Assembly (NCBI GenBank): GCA_016700015.1
Contig: CP064995.1
Span: 450,001-482,000 of the forward strand
Direction: 5' to 3'
Origin: Candidatus Saccharimonadota bacterium
Lineage (GTDB): Bacteria; Patescibacteriota; Saccharimonadia; Saccharimonadales; Saccharimonadaceae
DNA length: 32,000 bases
Shown here: positions 1 to 5,913 of the stretch, in pieces
Position numbering within the stretch: position 1 is the first letter of the stretch
Layout: the number at the start of each line of letters is the position of its first letter
The notes under the pieces: model-generated
Told to the model about the DNA's origin: nothing
The model's input: the letters and a program-made list of their open reading frames with translations, nothing else
Database searches by the model: none
Translations under genes and position numbers: made by a program

Positions 1-1
1 T

Positions 2-337
2 GTACTTGAAGTAAACGAACTAAAGAACGTCCTCAAAGACGAATACGGCATTGAGCCAGCTGCTGCTGCAGTTGCTGTTGCTGCCGGCCCAGCTGCTGAC
101 GCTGGCGCTGCAGCTGCAGACGAAAAAACTGAATTCACCGTCAACCTGAAAGACGGTGGGGCACAAAAAGTTGCCGTCATCAAAGCAGTTAAAGAAATCA
201 CCGGCCTTGGCCTTGGTGAGGCAAAAGCACTAGTCGACAACGTACCAAGTGTTATTCTTGAAAAAGCCAGCAAAGACGACGCCGAAAACGCCAAGAAGCT
301 TCTTGAAGAAGCTGGCGCAGCTGTCGAGCTCGCGTAG
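2..337 (+). CDS. rplL: 50S ribosomal protein L7/L12, C-terminal part (5' end lies outside the window)
   Basis: Frame 2 reads [111 protein letters not shown]. It has the Ala-rich hinge followed by the conserved L12 C-terminal domain. Stop TAG at 335-337. Confidence 0.9.
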   Translation, partial: VLEVNELKNVLKDEYGIEPAAAAVAVAAGPAADAGAAAADEKTEFTVNLKDGGAQKVAVIKAVKEITGLGLGEAKALVDNVPSVILEKASKDDAENAKKLLEEAGAAVELA

Positions 338-345
338 TAAGTTAT

Positions 346-445
346 ACCACCCCCTAAAGCCGATGCTACGCATCGTTGTACTTTACGGGGCGACCACATT
401 TGTTGATGCAATAGCCACTCTGTAGTGATACGGGGTGGTTTTGTA
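346..445 (+). terminator. Structured rplL 3' region, putative intrinsic terminator
   Basis: ACCACCCC (346-353) pairs with GGGGTGGT (432-439) and is followed by TTTTGTATT. A nested perfect hairpin CGATGC-TAC-GCATCG lies at 361-375. The outer loop is long, so the exact fold is uncertain. Confidence 0.4.
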
Positions 446-476
446 TTGTGGGGTAGTCTCAGGTAGGTCAAAATGC

Positions 477-505
477 TTGACTTTTTATGATTGTCGTGCT
501 ATAAT
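477..505 (+). promoter_or_regulatory. Near-consensus sigma70-type promoter for the 545-1192 gene
   Basis: TTGACT (477-482), 17-nt spacer, TGc extended -10 (497-499), TATAAT (500-505). AAGGAG (535-540) lies 4 nt before GTG 545. Confidence 0.6.
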
Positions 506-544
506 GGTATATAGTAAGCCATAATCCATCTAGTAAGGAGCACC

Positions 545-1192
545 GTGGCTCGTACCAGCACAGCCCGTCGTCCGCAGTCGCCGAAGAGCATCGCTGTCGT
601 CCGCCATCGTGCGGCCGCCAACCGCGCCGCGTTCATGGCGAAGATCGTGGTGTTCGACGAGCACGGCAACCTTGTCGAAGACAGCTCACACCCGAAGGCG
701 GGTGTGAAGTACGACAAGTGGCGCAAGCAGGGCCGGGCAGAGAAGCGCGCCCGGCGCCAGGACCAGATGGCCGTCTTCACCCTCGCTGAGGGCGTGGCGG
801 ACACGGTCGACTGGCGCCCGCCGCGGGCGTATCGCAACTCGCTCACTTCCCGTGAGCGGTTCCGCATCGCCAAGTGGGAGCGCGAAGCGCGCCGCCGCGA
901 GGCAGAGTGGTGTCGGCAGGACGCCGAGATGCTCGCCGCCATGGACAAGGCGATGGCCTTTGTCGAAGACAAGGAGCCCATCGCCCCAGTCGCCCCCGAG
1001 CGCAACTTCGGCCTGGCAATGCGCCAGCGAGCCGAGCACGAACGGCATGCATGGACACCCCGGCCCGACAGGCCGCGAGTCGTGCTGCCGCCGCACCTGC
1101 GGGTGCCGGAGGACGAAGAGCGCCGCGTCACCGGCTACCGCGGTGGGCGAACTCGCCACCAGCAGGCTCGGCTCACCTCGGGCGCCTTCTAG
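545..1192 (+). CDS. GC-rich orphan protein (215 aa, Arg/Glu/Ala-rich, no recognisable domain)
   Basis: GTG start behind AAGGAG. This frame has strongly G/C-ending codons (all 10 Lys codons are AAG). A terminator hairpin follows. The competing ORFs in other frames look like high-GC artefacts. Confidence 0.6.
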   Translation: MARTSTARRPQSPKSIAVVRHRAAANRAAFMAKIVVFDEHGNLVEDSSHPKAGVKYDKWRKQGRAEKRARRQDQMAVFTLAEGVADTVDWRPPRAYRNSLTSRERFRIAKWEREARRREAEWCRQDAEMLAAMDKAMAFVEDKEPIAPVAPERNFGLAMRQRAEHERHAWTPRPDRPRVVLPPHLRVPEDEERRVTGYRGGRTRHQQARLTSGAF

Positions 1193-1200
1193 GCGCCACT

Positions 1201-1256
1201 ACGGCCCGACCGTTCCTTTCCCTACAGGGATTGGAGCGGCCGGGTCGTTTCATTTG
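1201..1256 (+). terminator. Putative intrinsic terminator of the GC-rich cassette
   Basis: ACGGCCCGACCG (1201-1212) pairs with CGGCCGGGTCGT (1237-1248) with one mismatch and one G-T pair, followed by TTCATTTG. Confidence 0.5.
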
Positions 1257-1427
1257 TGGCATAGCAAACTTACACAGAACATGGTCTAGCCACATATAAA
1301 AATTACAACGACTTTTATTTTACCTCATATTACCGTGTGGAAAATTTCGGGGTTGACACCACGCCTCGCACGCGGTATATAATGAGGGTATTACTACACA
1401 AAACAGACAAGGATTGCGAGAACTAAT

Positions 1428-1943
1428 ATGTCTGAATTACCAGAAAAACAAGTCAAGCGGCTCAAGTCGCTCATTCAGGAAGCAGAAACCAACCTAGCGG
1501 CCGCTAAAGAGCTGCTGATTAGTATTATCGGCGATGATGGAACCGTGGTCACGCCTACCAGTAGCCGCGAAGAAGTCAGTGGTAAAGTGATCGAAGGCGT
1601 GTTTGACGGCCAGGTCATGATCGGCCCAGACGGCAAAAGCTACCCCGTGCCCGCCAACTACGCAAGCAAGAGTAAGCTGGTTGAAGGTGACATACTGAAG
1701 CTCACCATCGCCGACGATGGCGGCTTTATTTACAAGCAAATCGGTCCGATCCCACGCAAGCAAGTGATTGGTACACTCGTTCAACACGACGGTGCCTACT
1801 ATGTCGAAGCGAGCGGCCGCGAGTACCACATTCTGCTTGCCAGCGTGACCTATTTCCGTATCAATATTGGCGACCAAGTCACCATCATCATTCCCGAAGA
1901 CAACCCAGACGCTACCTGGGCAGCTGTCGAAGCAGCACTCTAG
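1428..1943 (+). CDS. Hypothetical protein with an N-terminal helix and two tandem beta-rich repeats
   Basis: Clean 171-aa ORF. Upstream lie TTGACA (1353-1358) and TATATAAT (1376-1383). An internal duplication is visible in the protein. No family recognised. Confidence 0.75.
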   Translation: MSELPEKQVKRLKSLIQEAETNLAAAKELLISIIGDDGTVVTPTSSREEVSGKVIEGVFDGQVMIGPDGKSYPVPANYASKSKLVEGDILKLTIADDGGFIYKQIGPIPRKQVIGTLVQHDGAYYVEASGREYHILLASVTYFRINIGDQVTIIIPEDNPDATWAAVEAAL

Positions 1944-1956
1944 CCGCACGTCGCAT

Positions 1957-1999
1957 CACACATTTGGCACACCTGCTGTATTTGCATGTGTGTCTTTTT
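1957..1999 (+). terminator. Putative intrinsic terminator
   Basis: CACACAT (1957-1963) pairs with ATGTGTG (1986-1992), followed by TCTTTTT. Confidence 0.5.
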
Positions 2000-2048
2000 G
2001 TGGTATAAATAGTATTTAAGGGTTGTTCTTTCGAGTAGAGGAGTCGTC

Positions 2049-2213
2049 ATGGCATTGCTCATTCTTATCCTCATAGCTGGTGGATACCTTCTGGCTGCGG
2101 GCACATTCGCCAGTGCCGGGCTTGAGCGCTGGGCGACCATAGCGTTCTACACCGGCGTCGCCATGGTCTTTGCCGGTGCGTACCTGCTGATTGCCAACTG
2201 GATGGTGCTCTGA
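2049..2213 (+). CDS. Small membrane protein (54 aa, two hydrophobic segments); below the ORF-track size cutoff
   Basis: GAGGAG lies 6 nt upstream of ATG 2049. Hand translation gives MALLILILIAGGYLLAAGTFASAGLERWATIAFYTGVAMVFAGAYLLIANWMVL*. Its TGA (2211-2213) overlaps the next ATG as TGATG. Confidence 0.5.
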   Translation: MALLILILIAGGYLLAAGTFASAGLERWATIAFYTGVAMVFAGAYLLIANWMVL

Positions 2214-2500
2214 TGGTCATTCAGCGCTTGCGGCGTGCTGTACGCTGGCTGATCGGTGCGCTAAACGACACACTGATGGCCGTGCTGTTCATCGGTGTTA
2301 CCGTTCCGCTCGCGCTGATTGGCACGGCAAGCGCATTCGGCACAGCTATCGGTCTTGGACTCACCGTGCTTGGCGATGAGCGCGGGCCGCGTGTGGCATT
2401 TGGCTCACTGGCTGTTCTTGCTTGCTGCCTGGTGATTCTGGCCGGCCAGGACTACCTATACAAGAACAAGTCAAAACTGTCAGAAGAATCCCTATTCTGA
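2213..2500 (+). CDS. Small membrane protein (95 aa, two hydrophobic segments)
   Basis: The ORF is translationally coupled to 2049-2213. Hydrophobic stretches are LMAVLFIGVTVPLALIGTA and FGSLAVLACCLVILAG. A terminator follows directly. Confidence 0.6.
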   Translation: MVIQRLRRAVRWLIGALNDTLMAVLFIGVTVPLALIGTASAFGTAIGLGLTVLGDERGPRVAFGSLAVLACCLVILAGQDYLYKNKSKLSEESLF

Positions 2501-2507
2501 CCACTAA

Positions 2508-2538
2508 CTGCGCAGACTAAGCCTGCGCAGTATTTCAT
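2508..2538 (+). terminator. Intrinsic terminator
   Basis: CTGCGCAG (2508-2515), loop ACTAAGC, CTGCGCAG (2523-2530; the 8-mer is self-complementary), followed by TATTTCATT. Confidence 0.6.
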
Positions 2539-2875
2539 TGTAAAACCACCCACAACATAGTCATCGGAATTCTCTTTACTGCCCACCCCCTTTAATACAT
2601 GAGGTAAATGGCTAAGTTTATTAGCCCTGTCGGCGATTAGGCAGCCGCACTTTGATTCCCAGCGATCAACGACTAAAGACACGGAACGTCCTCTTTTTTA
2701 TTATGGGCTATGGCCGTCTAGGCAGAGGCTACTATTGATGGCGCGGGTGATTGTCCACGGTAAGGAATCTATGGGGATTAATTCAGGTAACCTACATTGA
2801 CAATAACTAAATATTCTGCTTTAATGATAATGATCGTCCTTGCTTGACCCAATCTATCACTGTGAGGAGAAGTAT

Positions 2876-3105
2876 ATGCTCGTAGTAAACTTGGTCAACC
2901 ATCCGTTGTCTTGGCTCATCCTGATTGCGCTTATTGTCGTCATAGGGGGCGCCGAGACAATCGAGGCCGCTAGCCTTGAACCGAGGAATCGGTTATCACC
3001 ATCACGCTGATCGCATATAGCTTCATTGTCAGTGCTTTCTGGGGATTCATCTTCTCCACTCACTGGCAATGGCTGGAAGCCATGGCATCCTGGACGTTCT
3101 TCTAG
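2876..3105 (+). pseudogene. Possible small two-TM membrane protein gene split by a frameshift
   Basis: GGAGAAG SD precedes ATG 2876, giving the 44-aa ORF MLVVNLVNHPLSWLILIALIVVIGGAETIEAASLEPRNRLSPSR* (stop 3008-3010). A second hydrophobic stretch, VITITLIAYSFIVSAFWGFIFSTHWQWLEAMASWTFF*, runs in another frame to TAG 3103-3105. It has no start codon of its own, and a hairpin follows immediately. Confidence 0.3.
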
Positions 3106-3106
3106 T

Positions 3107-3180
3107 GCCACCGAAAAAAGGCTCGCCGAGATAGCTTCATAGGAGCATCTCAGGCTAAGCTATTTCGGTGGCCTTTTTCG
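3107..3180. terminator. Long imperfect hairpin, possibly a bidirectional terminator or small structured RNA
   Basis: GCCACCGAAA (3107-3116) pairs with TTTCGGTGGC (3163-3172). There is an inner stem ATAGCTT (3131-3137) / AAGCTAT (3156-3162). A T-run follows on the plus strand (3173-3180), and an A-run at 3114-3119 gives a T-run on the minus strand. Confidence 0.45.
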
Positions 3181-3236
3181 TATTGTAAAATCTACGCCGA
3201 AGCGAAGCATGCGGTTAGGCTATACTGACAAGTAGA

Positions 3237-3887
3237 ATGGCAGAATTTATCAATACTATTGGAGCCATGGGTAGTGGTAAAACACTCGAAGCCATGCGCA
3301 TGCGCTACAACTTGGCGCGGAGACATTTTGGCGTTATTGCTTGCAAATCGCCAGTCGATACCAAAGCCGAAAAACGCATCGAAACACGGTTTAAAGGCAA
3401 AATCCAAGAAGATGTCGACTTTTTGCTCGAACCTGGCAACAATGCCGTAGAGCGTATGCACGCCTACGCCCAGCTGTTACATCCGCAAGCAACCCGCCTA
3501 GCGCTACTGTGCGACGAGGCGCAGTTCATTACACCCGAGCAGGCAGAACAGTTTCGCGACCTTGTTGACGAATATGGCGTGTCAGTGTACACCTATGGCA
3601 TTGAGACGGATTTCCAGCGCCGCTTCTTCCCGGGCTCACTGCGCCTTAGGGAACTCGCCGACGAAAATGTATGGCTAACGAGCATTTGCGATGGCTACCT
3701 GCCTGGGGAGTGTGGCAGTGCGGCGCGGTTTAATACCCGCCTCATAAATGGCAATTTTACTTTCGTAGGTGAACAAACTGCTATCGACGAAGAGGGAACC
3801 TTACAAACTGAGCGACCCGTCACGACGTACCGAGCCCTGTGTGGCGCCTGCTATCATTTGGCCGAGCTAGAATCGAATAGCAAATAA
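3237..3887 (+). CDS. tdk: Thymidine kinase
   Basis: P-loop GAMGSGKT, CDEAQF, YGIETDFQRRFFPGS, and C-terminal Cys pairs (CDGYLPGECG ... CGACY) typical of type II thymidine kinases. Confidence 0.85.
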   Translation: MAEFINTIGAMGSGKTLEAMRMRYNLARRHFGVIACKSPVDTKAEKRIETRFKGKIQEDVDFLLEPGNNAVERMHAYAQLLHPQATRLALLCDEAQFITPEQAEQFRDLVDEYGVSVYTYGIETDFQRRFFPGSLRLRELADENVWLTSICDGYLPGECGSAARFNTRLINGNFTFVGEQTAIDEEGTLQTERPVTTYRALCGACYHLAELESNSK

Positions 3888-3905
3888 GTACACACGAGGC
3901 GGGTC

Positions 3906-4388
3906 TCAAGTGCGCGGATACAGCCCACCCTCGGGAGGAAGGTCTTGGATAATAGCTTCGCCATTTGCAACTTTCGACTGTAAGGCTTTTAAATTCGCTT
4001 CTGCGATCAGCGCGCGCTGTTCGGCTTCGGCTGTTGCGCGGCGCCTATTGGCTACATCTACAGCTGACATACCGACAAATTCGCAGCTTGCGCAGACCGT
4101 TAGACCCGCTATTTTACGTATATTCTGGAGTGCTTCAGCTCTGGTATCATATCCCCATGCACGTCTCTCTTTGTCTGATCGTACATCTACGCCAAGTTCG
4201 GTGAGTTTTGGACAGGTTAAGATAGGCTTTACCCCCGTAGATTTAAGGACAGTATCGCCGGACTTGAATGCTTTTGTAGAAATATTAAGCGTTTCGTCAC
4301 CGCGCATTACTTCCATCCACTCAACATACTGCACTCGTTTTAGTGAACAGTTATCGAAATTACTCGTTCCGCTTCGTTTTCTCCACAT
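3906..4388 (-). CDS. Hypothetical protein (about 160 aa) with a CxxC plus two further Cys and a C-terminal coiled-coil-like tail
   Basis: The track ORF is 3906-4448. On the minus strand TATAAT (4398-4403) sits 9 nt upstream of ATG 4388 (MWRKRSG...), so the shorter leaderless start is preferred; 4448 remains possible. No family recognised. Confidence 0.55.
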   Translation of the reverse strand: MWRKRSGTSNFDNCSLKRVQYVEWMEVMRGDETLNISTKAFKSGDTVLKSTGVKPILTCPKLTELGVDVRSDKERRAWGYDTRAEALQNIRKIAGLTVCASCEFVGMSAVDVANRRRATAEAEQRALIAEANLKALQSKVANGEAIIQDLPPEGGLYPRT

Positions 4389-4503
4389 AATTATCATATT
4401 ATACATAATAGTTACATAATTAGCTAAATCATGTATTTGCATACTCATTTGTAAGCCAATTCAACAACAGTATTTCCTGGCTCAAAACGATATAATAGAA
4501 GCA

Positions 4504-5913
4504 ATGGGGCAGGCGTTATATCGAAAGTACCGCAGTAAATCGCTCGACGAAATCGTCGGGCAGTCGCACATTACCGACATTTTACGCCGGGCTATTGCTG
4601 CCGACCGTGTAGCGCACGCATATTTGTTTACCGGGCCAAAAGGCGTGGGTAAAACCAGTATCGCTCGTATTCTGGCGCATGAAATAAACCAACTGCCTTA
4701 CACCGACGAATCGACCCACCTCGACATTATAGAAATCGATGCCGCCAGCAATAATGGCGTCGATGATATTCGTGACCTACGCGAAAAAGTACAAATCGCC
4801 CCCACCAGCGCGCGTAAGAAAATCTATATTATCGACGAAGTACACATGCTCAGTAAGCAAGCTTTCAATGCACTCCTCAAAACGCTTGAGGAGCCGCCAG
4901 AGCATGTTGTATTTATTCTCGCCACCACAGATGCCGATAAACTGCCTCCCACCATTATTAGCCGCGTGCAGCGGTTTAATTTCCGTGCCGCTACCGAGAG
5001 CGATGCCGCAAAGAATTTACGCAGGATCGCTGATGCCGAACAGATTGCCATTGATGACGAAGCAATTGCACTCATTGCTCATCATGGAAACGGCAGTTTT
5101 CGTGATAGTGTGAGCATACTCGATCAACTACAGAGTCTCAGTGACGACACAATTAGCCGCGAACTTGTTGAAGGCGTACTGGGACTTGCCGATGCCGACA
5201 CGGTAGAACGACTGCTCGAGGCATCTCAGACCGGTGATCTCGCAGCCGTCGTGCGCCTTGTTGATGATAGTGAAGCGCGTGGTACTCCCGCGGGCGTGCT
5301 CACCGAACAACTGATTCGCACTATTCGCACCCGTGTCGTTACCCATCCACAGCTACTACCACTCCTCGATAAATTACTCGATGTATCGCGCAGTGCTTGG
5401 CCGCATATGAAGTTACTGGTTGCACTGGCTGGCTCGGTCCGGGCTACCAAAACGAGCACAACGGCCGCTGCGCCACCAAAGCCGCAGATCCAACCAGCCG
5501 AAAAGCCACAAGAAGTAGCGCCAGAGCCCACCCCTCCGTTGGTCAAAAAAAATGTGACTGCCGCTGCCGTCGAGCCTGTAGCATCAACAACCACAACTAC
5601 AATTACTTCAGATGAAATGGACTTTCCTCTGACTGATTTTCTAGCGGCGATGCGCAAACAATCAATCGGCGCTGCAACCTTACTCGCTCGCTGCGGGTAT
5701 AGCTACTCGAAAAATCACCTCACGATCTATGCTGGCAAACCCTTCACGAAAAAACAAATCGAAAAATCGCTTGTTCAGATTGCCGCTTCCTTACAGGAGG
5801 TCGGCATAGAAGACGCCGATATTGCTATTCTTGCCAAAACCAAACCCGCTCGTGATAGTAAAACGGCTGCCGTACTTGCTATTATGGGCGGAGGAGAAGA
5901 AGTAGTACTATAA
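4504..5913 (+). CDS. dnaX: DNA polymerase III subunit gamma/tau
   Basis: Walker A GPKGVGKTS, Walker B IIDEVHMLS, SRVQRF sensor motif, a Pro-rich linker and a C-terminal tau-type region. Confidence 0.9.
   Translation: MGQALYRKYRSKSLDEIVGQSHITDILRRAIAADRVAHAYLFTGPKGVGKTSIARILAHEINQLPYTDESTHLDIIEIDAASNNGVDDIRDLREKVQIAPTSARKKIYIIDEVHMLSKQAFNALLKTLEEPPEHVVFILATTDADKLPPTIISRVQRFNFRAATESDAAKNLRRIADAEQIAIDDEAIALIAHHGNGSFRDSVSILDQLQSLSDDTISRELVEGVLGLADADTVERLLEASQTGDLAAVVRLVDDSEARGTPAGVLTEQLIRTIRTRVVTHPQLLPLLDKLLDVSRSAWPHMKLLVALAGSVRATKTSTTAAAPPKPQIQPAEKPQEVAPEPTPPLVKKNVTAAAVEPVASTTTTTITSDEMDFPLTDFLAAMRKQSIGAATLLARCGYSYSKNHLTIYAGKPFTKKQIEKSLVQIAASLQEVGIEDADIAILAKTKPARDSKTAAVLAIMGGGEEVVL

Noticed and set aside
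499-1299. Five additional track ORFs overlapping 545-1192 in other frames and on the minus strand (499-1131, 686-1159, 843-1058, 852-1289, 874-1299).
   Set aside because: Stop-poor high-GC DNA gives long spurious ORFs. Only the 545-1192 frame has an SD, a promoter at the right distance, a terminator after its stop and a strong G/C third-position bias. The others translate to Arg/Ser/Pro/Ala-rich low-complexity strings.
2452-3111. Minus-strand ORFs 2452-2682 (76 aa) and 2857-3111 (84 aa).
   Set aside because: The first runs through the 2508-2538 terminator and into the preceding gene. The second starts with GTG inside the 3107-3180 hairpin, has no SD and reads as non-hydrophobic junk antisense to an SD-led plus-strand ORF.
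4378-4386. DnaA-box-like TTCTCCACA near dnaX/dnaB, considered as a hint of a replication origin.
   Set aside because: It is a single one-mismatch box with no cluster, no dnaA gene and no AT-rich unwinding repeats beyond ordinary promoter DNA.
3910-4419. Plus-strand 169-aa ORF antisense to the 3906-4448 gene, plus the nested 3965-4204 ORF.
   Set aside because: It has no start signals, would begin within 25 nt of the tdk stop, and translates to Ser/Ala/Arg-rich low-complexity sequence. The minus-strand frame has a matching -10 box.
5397-5615. Plus-strand 72-aa ORF within dnaX, considered as an independent gene.
   Set aside because: It is not a free-standing gene. It is simply the -1 frame of dnaX, and only its last 20 or so codons matter, as the possible frameshift product tail (see the dnaX finding).
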